From NCBI GenBank assembly GCA_951406725.2, contig OX597819.1:127100001-127164000 (forward strand): a stretch of DNA of 64,000 bases. Direction: 5' to 3'. Both the position numbers and the translations under genes were made by a program. Below, one piece after another: positions 1 through 13,972 of this stretch. The notes under the pieces were generated by a model. It was not told the DNA's origin, ran no database searches, and worked only from the letters and a program-made list of their open reading frames with translations. Each line of letters starts with the position of its first letter. The first letter of the stretch is position 1. This DNA is from Octopus vulgaris (Eukaryota).

Positions 1-869
1 ATTCTGCAATCTCGCCGCCTTGAACCTGTAGAACAGAGAGGCGGAGCAAATATCACAAGGTTTTTTAATCGATGCTCTAACGAATGTGTCAATTTGCTGC
101 CTCAGTACTACATTGTGTACAGTGTTGCTCCATTTTGAAGAGAGTTTGAGTGTGATCTGAGGGAAATTTGGCTACTATTTTCATGCGTTTGAGATACAAT
201 GAAAAGAACCCCACGAGGGCATACTTATAATGGTAGTGACATAGGAAATTCTATCCAAATTACCTTCTACATGAAGAACATATGGTTAATTACAGAGTAC
301 CAAAGATATTTAATCAATTAGAATCGAATAGTAATGAGGAAATAAGTTATTAGTGTTAATGAAAATTACTCCTAAAAATGTCAAAAAAAAAAAATAAAAA
401 AAGAGGACGTTCCCGACAGTTCAATTGAATAACAATTAAACAATAATAGATGACGGATGGATGTAGAATACTGTTGGCTGCGGAAATGTTTTCTTGTATG
501 AATTCAGTAGAACGAAGAGAAAAAAAAAATTTATACAGAAAAATACAAACATTAATCCTGAAGAGGATGAGAGATGGATAACAACAAAAAGCATACAGGC
601 ACATCTACAAACACGGTAGCATGTATATGTACATAAGGCACACACACACACAAACACCCACGCACGTACACACAAATACACACACGCACGCACACACAGA
701 CACACATACACACGCGTGCACTCATATAACTATATGAATAAAATATAGATATTTCTCGGTAGTAATACAGAACATAATTTGTATAAAAGGAGTAGCGAGA
801 GCTCAACAAATATGCAAAAGATAGATTTAGTGCAATTACAAATGTGTGTATGTGTGTGTGTGTGTGTGT

Positions 870-913
<44 letters not shown>

Positions 914-924
914 TACAGCTAATA

Positions 925-1355
925 CAAATATGTATTTAAAAATCGCTTTGTACAGATCGAATGATTCTCTGTTGTCGCAACCGACATGAACTGACCTCTC
1001 CCCATCACATACGACTTGTAGCAGATGTTTTCACGCGAAACTTCTCTGATGGTGCACTCTGAAACACTGAGGTTCTTTGAAATGGCTCTTGTTGACTTTC
1101 CGGGGTTTTTATCGATTATTTCTTGAACTTTTTGCACAAAGTTCTGCTGGCATTAGGAGACAATAACTTTCAGAAGGTGAGCTATCTCTCTATCGCTCTA
1201 CTGTTATGTTAAGCCAACGATTACAGCGTGCCTTTTTTGTTTGGTGAGTTAATCTGATTGCTGACATTATTTATCTGGAAAGAAAGGCAAAAAACAAAAC
1301 GTTAGAAGAAAGAACTTTTGAAAGAGGTAACCTAAAAAAAAAACGACCCACCCTG
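925..1355 (-). mobile_element. 5' fragment of a Tc1/mariner-superfamily (maT/DD37D-like) DNA transposon
   Basis: ORF 919..1137 encodes an HTH-like segment (NPGKSTRAISKNLSVSECTIR...YKSY). A terminal CACCCTG|TA at 1349-1357 resembles the CAGGGTG TIR start plus TA TSD. Confidence 0.7.
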
Positions 1356-1465
1356 TATAGCCTTCCATCAATCCACATGAATGTATGTTTGTATACACAT
1401 ACATACATACATACATACATACATACATACATACATACATACATACATACATACATGTATGTATG

Positions 1466-1514
<49 letters not shown>

Positions 1515-1847
1515 ATATATACATGCGCACTCACATACGATCTCTCGGATATGAACGCTGAGGTCTACATCCAACTCATCAAAAGCTGTGAGTGATATAT
1601 TTTCTTATCTCCCATCCACGAAGTTTTATCGTGTTTGAATACGACCGTCTAAAGTCGTGTATTACACATTTTATATAAGAATGGGTTTGACCTATAAAGT
1701 TCAACTGCATACGAACAAATAAATGTTTGTGGGTGTTTGTGTGTGTGTGTGCGTGTGTGTTTGTATGTATGCTTGAGCGTGTACGTGTGTGCGTGATATA
1801 TAATTCATTATAGTGTGTGAATGTATATATGAATATGAAAATGCGAT

Positions 1848-1888
<41 letters not shown>

Positions 1889-1989
1889 CTGTGAGTGTGT
1901 GCATGCGTGTGTATGTCTGCCTATCTGTACACACAGACGCATACACAGACACACACATACGCATGCACACACACACATATATGTAGATA

Positions 1990-3386
1990 CAGGGTGCGTA
2001 AGGTATTTGAGGACAGTTATATACTTACACAAAAATGATTCTTAGAAATAGACAATAATGCCTTTTTTACCGAAAAAGGTTTTGAGGATAAGAATAAATA
2101 TTGTTTCGTCATTTTATTCAATAAAGTCTCTTTCAGCTTCAATAACGGTTTCTATACGAGGTCTGAATCACCTACATGCTAGGATCAGGTGGTCTGTGTT
2201 CATACTGGACATTACTTTGACTATGGAGGTTTTTAGGGATTCTTTGGTGTTATGAGGGTGCTCGTTAACCTCTTTCTCAACTACGCTCCATACAGAGTAG
2301 TCCAATGGATTGAGATCTGGGGAAATAAGAGGCCAAATGTTGGGGGTTATGTGGTCATGAAAATTTCCCGCCATCCATTCCTGCGTTGCTGTAGGCTTCT
2401 GTGATGGTGCCGAGTCTTAAGTTAAGTTAATTTTTTGGCTCAAAAAGCAAAAGCAAGGTCATGTAGGGGTCTTCCGTTGCGTACATTATCGATCCATGGC
2501 TTAACAACTGGATTCAGAACATCTATGGAGGCAGCAGAGTTTACTCGAAGACCTTGTGGAAAGAAGTGAGGCGCATCACATCTCCTTCGTTGCTAACAAA
2601 CCCCCAAACCATGACAGTTGCAGGCAATTTTGTATGCATTACTCCTTAGAACTTTCGTCATTTCTTCTGTTTACTTTCTGATCAAAGATTGTTCTCATCC
2701 GAGAAGAACCAAATGGCATCTTTCTCTGCTGGGTTTTAAAGTTTGTGCAGGGGTCTTTTAGACCTGATTAAGCGATTTTCCTTCACTGTTTCTGACATAA
2801 AATAACCTTTCCTCATCGCATAAGACTTGTATCTGATGTCTTTGTGGACAACATTTCGGATTGTTCCTTCTGACACATGGTGTTCTTTTGAAACCTCCTC
2901 ATGGATCTTCTAGGATGGCCATCAATGGTCTGCTTTACATGTTGAATAAATTCTGGCGTTCTAATAGTATCAGTGTTACAAGTATCAGTAGCAATGATAC
3001 TAGTGGCACCTTGGGCAAGTGTCTTCTGCTATAGCCTCGGGCCGAGCAAAGCCTTGTGAGCGGATTTGGTAGACGGAAACTGAAAGAAGCCCGTCGTATA
3101 TATGTATATATATGTGTGTGTATGTGTTTGTCCTCCCAACATCGTTTGTCAACCGATGCTGGTGTGTTTACGTCCCCGTAACTTAGCGGTTTGGCAAAAG
3201 AGACCGATAGAATAAGTACTAGGCTTATAAAGAATAAGCCCTGGGGTCGATTTGCTCGACTAAAGGCGGTGCTCCAGCATGGCCACAGTCAAATGACAGA
3301 AACAAGTAAAAGAGTAAAATATTAAGTTGATAAATATGCTGCTACAGTAAAATTAACATATGTCTTCAAATGCCTTACGCACCCAG
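1990..3386 (-). mobile_element. Degenerate maT/DD37D-like Tc1/mariner transposon with both TIRs, interrupted by a SINE
   Basis: TIRs CAGGGTGCGTAAGGTATTTGAGGACA (1990) and TGTCTTCAAATGCCTTACGCACCCAG (to 3386), with TA on both sides. Minus-strand motifs WFFSDE (~2700) and WPLISPDLNPLDY (ORF 2168..2374). Frameshifted. Confidence 0.9.
3003..3319 (+). mobile_element. SINE family A (tRNA-derived, CORE-like motif), 5'-truncated, nested in the mariner-like element
   Basis: GCACCTTGGGCAAGTGTCTT CORE-like box and AGTAAAAG tail. Near-identical to the copies at 4736, 7061 and 50166. Confidence 0.9.
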
Positions 3387-4406
3387 TATATGTGTATGTA
3401 TTTATATATATACACACATACATATCTATGAAGATAAAGGTCAAGGACAACATTCTAAAGATGAAAATGACTGACTGATGCCTACTAAATTCATGGTTCA
3501 CTGCTACTTGCGTGAGCTCTGGGCTTGGTTTTCGACATCAATTAGTCGGAGTGAACTTTTACTCTCAATGATGCCTGCTTGCAATGTTTTCCTAAACATA
3601 AGTCAACAAAACTTTTAGTTTCTTCTCATTAGTATATATTTAGCGCCGCTACATTTAAAGAATCTGTACAAGGTCGGACTTAATACTGTGAATTTTCTTA
3701 AATTACGCCCTTTACATATTTCGTTTACATCGCGTTTCTAATCTTTCTGGAGTCGATTAATAAGACGTAGTCAAGTTCTGCGGTCAGTTTTTTCGACGAT
3801 AGACGCTCCAAAAATGCTTAGCCTTTTTCATTTAGTGGAAGAAATTATTCGGCTTTAAGTAGTCATATCTTATTGGGTGCTTTCCCTGCACTGCAATGCA
3901 CAGCAGCTTTTAATGTCCCAGTATTAAATCTTTAAGGTTTCCTTTACATTGATGAGTTTAGCATTATTTATTTCCCCTCTTTAATTCTGAGTTCAAATCC
4001 CTTTGAGATCACAGTCAATTTTGCCTTTCATTCTCTGTGTTCAATAAACAAAGCGCCAAGCACTGAAGTCGATTTCTCTCTGTCTCTCTCTCCCCGCTCT
4101 CTCTTTCTTTCCCCCTCTCTCTTCCTTTTCCCTCTCTCACTTTCTCCCCCTCTCTCTCTCAGAAGCAGTTGTGTTAAACTGTGAGAATTGTCGTGTGAAC
4201 CATTCACAATATTAGCTTTCTCAAAAATGTCCAATAGTTGAGCAAAGGTGTAGCAATCTGGTCTAATAATGGATGATAAAAGGAAAAGAAAGAGAACTGT
4301 CTGACATACTACTCGACGTGGAACAAGTATAGTGTTATTGGACGCCCAGGAAAGGAAAGAAAGAAGGAGGATTTAACGTTTCGAGTGGAGCTAGTGAGAG
4401 AGAGGG

Positions 4407-4479
<73 letters not shown>

Positions 4480-4735
4480 ACAAAAAAACAATATTAGTTA
4501 ATGATCAGTGTTATTTTACTTGTTTTGTTAAGTAGGGGAAACAGCTCTGGATATGTTCGATATTATCATAACTTTATCGGAATACTTTACTGTATATTTC
4601 GAAGTAGAGATGGGAGAATCCGTAAGTAAATGTATAACAATGTAAGCAGGTTGTATAGTTGGGTTCCATTCCGTATTATATTAACGGCAATACCCTGCTG
4701 TATAGCGAGAATCGATTAAATAATTATAAGTTATA

Positions 4736-5138
4736 TACTCTTTTACTCTTTTACTTGTTTCAGTCATTTGACTGTGGCCATGCTGGAGCACCGCCTTTAA
4801 TCGAGCAAATCGACCCCGAGACTTATTCTTTTGTAAGCCTAGTACTTATTCTATCAGTCTCTTTTGCTGAACCGCTAAGTAACGGGGACATAAACACACC
4901 AGCATCGGTTGTCAAGCAATGCTAGGGGACAAACACAGACACACAAACACACACACGCATATATATATATATATATATACGACGGGCTTCTTTCAGTTTC
5001 CGTCTACCAAATCCACTCACAAGGCATTGGTCGGCCCGAGGCTATAGTAGAAGACACTTGCCCAAGGTGCCACGCAGTGGGACTGAACCTGGAACCATGT
5101 GGTTGGTTAGCAAGCTACTTACCACACAGCCAATCCTG
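4736..5138 (-). mobile_element. SINE family A, near full length
   Basis: The minus strand shows a tRNA-like head (TGGCTGTGTGG A box, GGTTCAGTCCC B box), a CORE-like box, an internal TA/CA tract and an (AGTAAAAG)n tail. Confidence 0.9.
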
Positions 5139-6034
5139 TTGTCTTAAACGTCATGAACCTAAATTCTTGTTTATGATGTTATTCATTTCGTAGAATGTGT
5201 AGTTTTTTGTTGTTATCGTTGTTATTGTTGTTGTTTGTTTTGTTTGTTTTTGTTGGTGTGTTTCTTAACAACGTCTTCGTTGTTGTCATTGATTCTGTAT
5301 CGTGCGTAAGGCAAAGCTAAAATGAACTTTTCTCCAAAGTTCATCACAACAGTCATTTTTCCCGCCTTGTTCATCTCCGTATCCATTTTCTTGCGATTTG
5401 TCGAGACAAAAGAAGAAAATCAAATTTAGTTATGGATATATTACATTCTAAGTACACCAAACATAAAAATTCTTTGCAATCTCATGAAGCGAAACTATAC
5501 TACCGATAATAAGGTCATTTATATACAATCGAAAGTTCCTAGTAAGTTGAAATCTGGTCACAAAAGTAATTATTTGCTTTTGTTTTGACCATTTATGTTA
5601 TCAATCCTCAAGCGGTTTGTTTTTGCCTATTGAATAATATAACAAAGTACTTGGCTCAGTTGAAAATCAGTGGGAAGGAAAGAAGACCCTTAACATTGCA
5701 CTCCCACCTTATTTTGTCGCCATTTGTTTCAGACTTGAATTTTTACTTCATCTCAGCTAAATAGAAATTTAATCAATGAAAATGATATTAAAAACCCAAC
5801 TTTTACGAGAAAAGGTCATTTTGTTTTTCAAAGAATTATTTTTTTAACATCTGAAGATCTAAGTTTTAAAGACTAGCTCCGTTGATCTCAAATAACAACG
5901 AGACCAATCTTATTGCATTTCGTACTTTTCATGAAATATTTCAAAGGTAATTAACTATAACACCTCAAGGAGCTATTATTTAATCTATTCACACAGTATT
6001 GTTTCAGTACTGCTACCTCAAAGTACGAGGATTA

Positions 6035-6075
<41 letters not shown>

Positions 6076-6151
6076 CATATATATACCTAGATAAATGCAT
6101 ACATACCCATATACATATATATATATATATATTATATTATATTATATTATA

Positions 6152-6207
<56 letters not shown>

Positions 6208-6275
6208 TCTTGGAGAGAGATGGACTAGATAGATAGATAACTGTATCTATTTTTATTATTTTTTATTATTATTAC

Positions 6276-6308
<33 letters not shown>

Positions 6309-6473
6309 CTAATAGTAATTTTTATGTGGTTTTATAGCAACTTTTTGAACTGTAACCACTTTAATTATTATTATTTTAATCTCCAAATGATGGTCTTTTC
6401 CATACCGATAAATCTACTAGGTGAAATTGATTAATTTTATTAAATTAATTATATTCCACCCTTTATTGCATAT

Positions 6474-6557
<84 letters not shown>

Positions 6558-6692
6558 TTTTGTATATTATATATAAGATATATATACTATGTATATATAT
6601 CATATAGTATATATCATGTATGTATATTATAAATATGTATGTATACATACATATACGTGCACGCGCACATAAACACACACACACACTTGCAT

Positions 6693-6985
6693 ACAGTTAC
6701 ACTGTGTAGCACGTTAGACAAGTGTCTCCTACTGTAGACTTGGGTCACTCAGTGCCTTGGGAATGAATTTACCAGACAGAAACTTGGCGGAAGCCCATCG
6801 CCCACAACTGTGTGTGTTTTTACCAAGTGGCAGAGCTTGTTAACCAGCGTTGGTTTGTTTATGTCTCCGTAACCCAGAGGTTTGGCAAAAGAACCGTTAA
6901 AATAAGTATTAAACTTTAAAATCCTGGGTCTTCTTTTCAACTAAACCCGCCATGACAGTAGTTCAATGACTGAAATAAGTACAAG
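6693..6985 (+). mobile_element. Old degenerate SINE family A copy
   Basis: Diverged matches to family A blocks (GACAAGTGTCTCCTACTGTAG; GGTTTGGCAAAAGAACCG; ATGACTGAAATAAGTA). Confidence 0.7.
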
Positions 6986-7060
6986 ATAAATTTTCCTTTT
7001 TTGTTTTTTCGAGAAGAAAATAAGACTTTAACGAAAAAAATTGGGGTCCTTTTTCTTTAT

Positions 7061-7462
7061 TACTCTTTACTCTTTTACTTGCTTCAGTCATTTGACTGCG
7101 GCCATGCTGGAGCACCGCCTTTAATCGAGCAATTCGACCCCGGGACTTATTCTTTGTAAGCCCAGTACTTATTCTATCGGTCTCTTTTGCCGAACCGCTA
7201 AGTGACGGGGACGTAAACACACCAACATTGGTTGTCAAGTGATGTTGGGAGGACAAACACAGACACAAACACATACACACACATATATATACATATATAC
7301 GACGGGCTTCTTTCAGTTTCCGTCTACCAAATCCACTCACAAGGCTTTGGTCGGCCCGAGGCTATAGTAGAAGACACTTGCCCAAGGTGCCACGCAGTGG
7401 GACTGAACCCGGAACCATGTGGTTGGTAAGCAAGCTACTTACCACACAGCCACTCCTGCGCC
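7061..7462 (-). mobile_element. SINE family A, full length
   Basis: Begins GGCGCAGGAGTGGCTGTGTGG on the minus strand, with A/B boxes and the tail repeat. Confidence 0.92.
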
Positions 7463-8048
7463 TACATTTATATATTTATTTTTTTTAAAATATTTTATGT
7501 GAGATTAATTTATATACAAATTTATCGAATTAAGAAGTATTTTAAATTTGAAACTAAAATTACAACAGTGTGCTATAAAATTAAAATTTTGTGGGTAATG
7601 TAAAGATGAGAAAACACGCGATAAAACCTGTTGTTATTTAGTTGCATCTTATCACTTATCGTTTCGTCTCCCACTTTACCTTGGGTCTCAGGCTATTCAA
7701 GTGACTTCTCTCACATGAAATATAAATAAGTTTTCATTTTTGTAATAAAATATTATTCAAGTGTGAAAATTGTAGACCACCTTTAGATGGCTACCCGTCT
7801 TTCTAGAAGACCAGTAACATTTTCCCTAAACAACTTAATACTATTTCTTAATTTTTAAGAAGTGTCACATACTAGATATGCTGTGTCTAACGGAAAAAAG
7901 AAAACGCGTTGGTTTCTGCTGGTGTTGCTTTGATCATACATCTGCACAATCACTGCTAACCCAGAACTAAACAACATTGTCATATGTATCTACAAACATC
8001 TCAGACCTACCACCAGATCAGACCCACGCCCCACCGCACTGTGGGGAT

Positions 8049-9277
8049 TGACAACTTTTGCAAAAAGCAATTTTAATTGAATTAACTCTAGTACTTTACA
8101 AGGAGTTACTAAAGTGAGCATCATCAAGAGGCAGCGAGTTGGCAGAGAAGAGCAGACGAAATTCCTAGCAAGATCTACTCCACTCCTTGCATTCTGAGTT
8201 CAAATCCTGCCGAGGATTGTCCATGTACCTAGTTAATTTCCACTCGCTATATTACCTCCACCAAATATTAAGAAACAGCTATCTGCATTGTCGAAAGACA
8301 TTACGATATTATAAATTTATAGTTTAATAAAGAATCATCCTTCATGCAATCTTTTTGTCTATAACACTTCATCCCTTTTCGAGTATATTGTATCTAAAAC
8401 TGCATTATTCTGTGAAACCGGTCTTTTAAAGAAAGTATTGTGTGTAATTTGAGAGAGATCTGGCTATTCTTTGGCCTGTTAAGCAACCACGTAGAAGCTC
8501 ACGTTTTTCATTTCATTATAAAACTTTAAGACCTTCTGGTAAAAAAATGTTGAGAAGTAGTCTTGGTCAAATATGGTCTGCTGTTTTGCAGAGCTGATGT
8601 CTAATGCGTGAGCATGTGTGCGTGTGTGTTTGTGTGTTTGTGTGTGTTTGCATGTATCAGCGAATCGATTTCACATTTCACGTTTCGTTTTTGGAATTAT
8701 TTTCGTTCTTTTATATCAATAATGCCACTTGAAATACTAAGAACATTGGAAGTTCATTTCCTTACTTTTTGAAGTGTGATATCAATATCGACAAAATCGA
8801 AAAGTAAAGTAGAAACAATTACCTTCCGATATACTGCACCAAACAAAGTTGGTCCGGCTATTGATTGACTGTTTGTTTTCTTACCGTTGCTTTGTTGTTG
8901 GTGGTTAGCTCCAGTTCATATGCATTTGAAGCAGATATATGATCAAAGGCGTTCCACCCTTGTCCATTCCACTTCTTCTATATCTATTATTGTATTATCC
9001 AATGCAACCTTGCATTTTTCTTTAAAGACATTAGGTTGTTATCTGAAAGAATTTAACTGCTATATCTAGCTTGTAGAGTGGTCGCCGACAAGTTCTCTCA
9101 TGAGAAGGTTTGACAACTTTTGCAAAAAGCAATTTTAATTGAATTAACTCTAGTAATTTACAAGGAGTTACTAGAGTGAACATCATCAAGGGACAGCGAG
9201 TTGGCAGAGAAGAGCAGACGAAAATCCTAGCAAGATCTACTCCGCTCCTTGCATTCTGAGTTCAAAACCTACCGAGG
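8049..9277. repeat. ~170-bp direct repeat pair (8049-8217 and 9110-9277) enclosing ~0.9 kb
   Basis: TTGACAACTTTTTGCAAAAAGCAATTTTAATTGAATT...CTGAGTTCAAA..CT.CCGAGGA occurs twice with few substitutions. Each copy ends in a degenerate SINE family C head. Confidence 0.9.
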
Positions 9278-10433
9278 AAAATATTGCCTGTCCTTATTCA
9301 GAGGTTCATGAATTAAATACAGTCTAGAGCAGAACAGGCGAAATTTTTAGGAGTCGGGTGGGATTCCTTGCATATCGTTGTATCCCGATTTCAAATACTG
9401 GCGGTTTTATGTCCTGAGTTTAAATACGGCTCATTCAGCTGTGACCTAGTTGAGTGTTAGTTTTATGGATCAGCACTCTGTTCAACGTCACTTCAGGTAA
9501 TTTTAGTGACATTCGCTTTATTGTAAGCATTCGAAGCAGGTTTCTGGCCTAAGGATTCCCCTATCTCTCCCCTTTTCACTAGTCTTTGAGGCCCTGAAAG
9601 GTTACTGGCAACTGCTATTTTCCCATGAATAATCGATTAAAGAAAAACAGAGGAACCAAAGGCAGAAACTGCCAATGCTCTACTTTGAACTCATAAACAT
9701 GCAAATAAGGAGCTTTCTATACCTGACAGCTTGTATTTAAGTTTCCATAACTCTGCAATATCTGGAAACAGCCAGGCCAAATGCCATGAGTGACGCCGTC
9801 GACTGTGCCTCAGTAATTTGAAAACAGTTAATAGTTAGACCACTGTATAGAAATACCATTACCATTACATAAATAAATAAACAGCATAAATAAAAAGTAT
9901 AAAAGAAATCTCAATTATCCGAGACTATTAATATTTAAATTTTTTCAACAACAAAAAAAATATTTTATTTCATTTATTTTCAAGTGTCAAAACTAAAAAA
10001 AAAATCTAAGTGTTAGATTATATTGCCATACGTAGATGATTGATCGATTCACTAATATTTGAGACTGGATTCTTGGAATTGGAGACCCACTTTGACGCAC
10101 GGGGACTTTTTTCCTGCTATAGGTCGTCTGTCCAAAGAAATTCATATTGAAGTAACATTGGAGTCAAAGTACTACTGAGACGATTGGTATGTTATATGCT
10201 TCTGTTTTTTTTTATACTTGTGTCTAGTAAAAATGCATGTATACATTCAAGCTTGAATGCGTAATAAGATTATGTGTGTAACTACTTATGTATGTGTGTA
10301 CACATGTGTAGTATTAGTTATTTCTATAGCATATTTTAAGAATTTGTTGTAAAGTTTTCATAGAGTAAAAATTCTTCAAGACATATAGTAAAACTTGGTT
10401 AAAAACTTACCTAATCGGTATTCAGTTATCATA

Positions 10434-10848
10434 GGCGGCGAGCTGGCAGAACCGTTAGCACGCCGGGCGAAATGCTTAGCGGTATTTCATCTGCCGTTAT
10501 GTTTTGAGTTCAAATTCCGCCGAGGTCGACTTTGCCATTCATACTTTCGGGGTCGATTAAATAAGCACCAGTTACGCACTGGGGCCGATATAATCGACTT
10601 AATCCGTTTATTTGTCCTTGCTTGTCCTCTCTGTGTTTAGCCCTGTGTGAGTAGTAAAGAAATAGGTATTTCGTCTGCCGCTACGTTCTGAGTTCAAATT
10701 CCGCTGAGGTCGACTTTGCCTTTCATCCTTTCGGAGTCGATTAAATAAGCCCCAGTTACGCACTGGGGTCGATATAATCGACTTAATTCGTTTGTCTGTC
10801 CTTCTTTGTCCTCTCTGATTTTAGCCCCTTGTGGGTAGTAAAGAAATA
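10434..10848 (+). mobile_element. SINE family C dimer (full monomer plus 5'-truncated second unit)
   Basis: GGCGGCGAGCTGGCAGAA head and central GGTCGACTTTGCCTTTCATCCTTTCGGGGTCGAT (resembles the MetaSINE central domain). The second unit starts at 10665 with GGTATTTCGTCTGCCG. Confidence 0.9.
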
Positions 10849-10874
10849 GGTATGTATATGTATATATGTAATAA

Positions 10875-11130
10875 ACGTGTTGTAAATGAACAAACGACAT
10901 AACGTATCCTGAGTGTACAACCGGACGGGAGACAGACACAGAAGGTCCCTAATCTTCACCACTTATCAACCAAATGGTATTACTTAGTTTCACACCATTA
11001 ATATCATTTGGTTGGTTTGAGTAATACCATTTGTTTGATAACTGATGAAGAATTAGGGACCTCCTGTGTCTGTCTCACGTCCGGTTGTACACTCAGCTTG
11101 CGTTATGTGGTTTGTTTATTTAAAATACAG
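10875..11130. repeat. Long inverted repeat (~110-bp arms, ~30-bp spacer), probably derived from a Penelope-like terminal repeat
   Basis: 10875-10986 is the reverse complement of 11019-11130 with scattered mismatches. The right arm contains CTGATGAAG. Confidence 0.8.
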
Positions 11131-11249
11131 TTTTTCATTCATTAAGTAACGGAACGCAACGCACCTTAACTTGCATTAACAGTAAGTTATATATATACAT
11201 ACATATATATTTGTGTGTGTGTGTGTGTGTGAGAGAGTGTGTGTGTGAA

Positions 11250-11504
11250 GGCGCATGGCTCAGTGGTTAGAGCGTCGAGCTTACGATTGTGAGGTTGTGA
11301 GTTCGAATCGCGGACCGGTCTGCGTGTTGTGCTCTAGAGCAAGACACTTTATTTCACGTTGCTTCAGTTCACTCAGCTGTAGAAATGAGTTGTGACATCA
11401 CAAGTGTCAAGCTGTATCTGCTGTCGCCTTTCCCTTGAATAACACTGGTGGCGTAGAGAGGAGAGGCCGATATCCATGGGCAACTGCTGGTGCTCCATAA
11501 ACAA
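11250..11504 (+). mobile_element. SINE family D (tRNA head, CORE-like box)
   Basis: GGCGCATGGCTCAGTGGTTAG A box, GTTCGAATC B box, GAGCAAGACACTTTA CORE-like segment. Confidence 0.85.
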
Positions 11505-12899
11505 CGTTTATTTGAGATCTGTGTTTGTAGATCTTTGTGCACTTTCTAAGAAATTCATGAAAATAGAAGTTGGAGTTTAAAGAGAAAATGATTTCGTTAT
11601 AGCAAAAGGTGCAAACGTTCACAATAGAGACAAATGTAGGAATAATATCAATACGATTTTATCAACTAAGATAATAACATTACTATAGCTGCTAATATGA
11701 TTTGTATTGACTTTCTCTATATTACACTAGAGTTAACTTGAAAACCCAACAAAATATTTTCGTAAATTATGTTAGGAGACTGTCATTCCCGTAGATTTCA
11801 AAGACTTCATCAACATTTGCAGAAGGTTTACTAGTATACGTTCCAATAACGAATACTTAGTTAGGGAACCTAGTCTGCTACACTTTACGAGCGAGCGGAT
11901 TAAAACGGAAAATTTCATGCTCTCCCATTAAAGCAACGTGATACGTTGTAATATCATACGCTTCACATAATACTTTTACCCGAATGTTAAGTTAAGGATT
12001 TAAAAAAAAAATACTTCGTGAAAATAATCTAACTGAAAATATGGAACTAAAATAAATGTCATATCGCATACACACATACATCCATCAACAAAACTGAAGG
12101 CATATGTTTATGCAAAAATACAAGTGTCTACTAAATCTTATATTTTGGAGATTTTGCTTCGTAATAAAAGACGAAGACCACTCAAATACATCCATTTTAT
12201 GGGTAGAGACACACAACGGAATTAGCGGGGCGAGGTTCCTGTCGCAATGTTTGAAAAGCGTCTCACATGAGGCTATTTGAAGATGAAGGAGATGACTTCT
12301 GTAAATCCCATCCTAAAGGTCGCACGTAAATGATACATATTCATGCTGGAGAGATAAATTAAGTAAATAATTTATAATCCTGCATTTTCATTAAGACATT
12401 GAATAGAAAAGTAATACAACTAACAAATTTAGTTATTTACACCTAGCAATTAAAAAAATGCGTCGGAGTACAAAATCAAACGGAAAGATCACCGAAAGAT
12501 CTACACCTTATTTTTCCCTTTTTTCTAAAAGCACAGATTGATATGAGACCTGAATGAGTGTGCTTCAGGATAAAACCATTCGTATTGGGTATTGCACCCG
12601 TGACGACTTCTGCGTACACATACATATACACGTGCACATACATGTGTATATGTTAAAGCGTTTACTACTAGTTGTGTAAAAGGTGTTTATAATTTTTCGC
12701 TTTGGTCACTCATTCCATGCTGGATCACCACTTTTAGTCGGACAAATCGACCCCAGAACTGAAGAATGTTTTATTTGTTTCAGTTCTTATAATGCATCCA
12801 TCCTGGGGCACCGCCTTGAAGAATTTTTAATCGAATGAATCGACCCTAGTACTTATTCTAGTTAAGGCCTGGAACTTATTCTGTCTCCAAAACGTACAT

Positions 12900-13345
12900 A
12901 TTTACCTACATACCACTCATATGAACAGCAGAAGAATTTGTAATGTAGGGACCTCCTATGAAGCACCGATCTTTGTATGAACTCGTTACAATGCTACCCG
13001 TATGAAAAACAGATAGTTACATTGGGTACAACAAACTCACATAGAAGACAATGAACCCATGAATTAAAAAATATTGATTGCCGTGGGAAGCTCCCTTGGA
13101 ACCCAGAAATTCATAGCAAACACAACAGGACTGAAATTCTTCCACAGAACAGGTAATATACTAATGCAGTGTTGACGATTCCACCTGCTCAAGAGATGGA
13201 ACGATTTTGCATGAAGCTGTGGAGAATTTATTGAGTGAATTAATACCGAACTTAGAGATCTTTGCTTCCTGCTACTGATTTTCATTTGCACCAATTATCA
13301 TAGGAACACTGGGCTAATTAGTAAAAGATTTACTTCAAAGTAGTC
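12900..13345 (+). pseudogene. Heavily decayed 3' fragment of an RLE-type (R4/Dong-like) non-LTR retrotransposon
   Basis: Relics KHNRTEI (~13118; cf. HNRPDI) and APIIIGTLG (~13288), typical of the R4-clade endonuclease C-terminus. Confidence 0.55.
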
Positions 13346-13659
13346 TCTTAATGTCGGTGTTATGCGAGAACAAAAAAAAAGCAAATTGAGACGTGTCCTG
13401 AAAATCCGATCGATAAGTGGTACGGTGAAGATTTGTATACCATTCTACAGGTTCGGAGCGGTTTGAAATCTGAAGACTGGAAGAAATCTCGAAGAAAACA
13501 TGCACAAACATACACATAAACACGCTCGCATTCTTTTGTAAAATTCCAACATTAAAAGACTTTCAAGTCTGTACATGAGTGCATGTGCGTGTGTATACAT
13601 ATATGCATACATACATACATACATACATACATACATACATGCATAGGTACGTACGTACA

Positions 13660-13719
<60 letters not shown>

Positions 13720-13972
13720 TCTTTAGTCGATGAATAATTATCAAAGAAGCTGAGATCCGGTGAAAGCAGACCCGAACGTTTCCACCAACCGTTAAATTAA
13801 GATATAGTTGCATAGTTAAAAAATGACGTGTTTGCCTGGAAGTCACATTTTTCTTGAGTTTTGAACTTTTAACTCTGCACCGGTGATGCTTAATTATTTC
13901 GAACTCAGTTTTGCCCGTTTATACTTTCTATTGTTATTGGCTGCTCGATCAGCTAAACACAGCAACCGAAGT

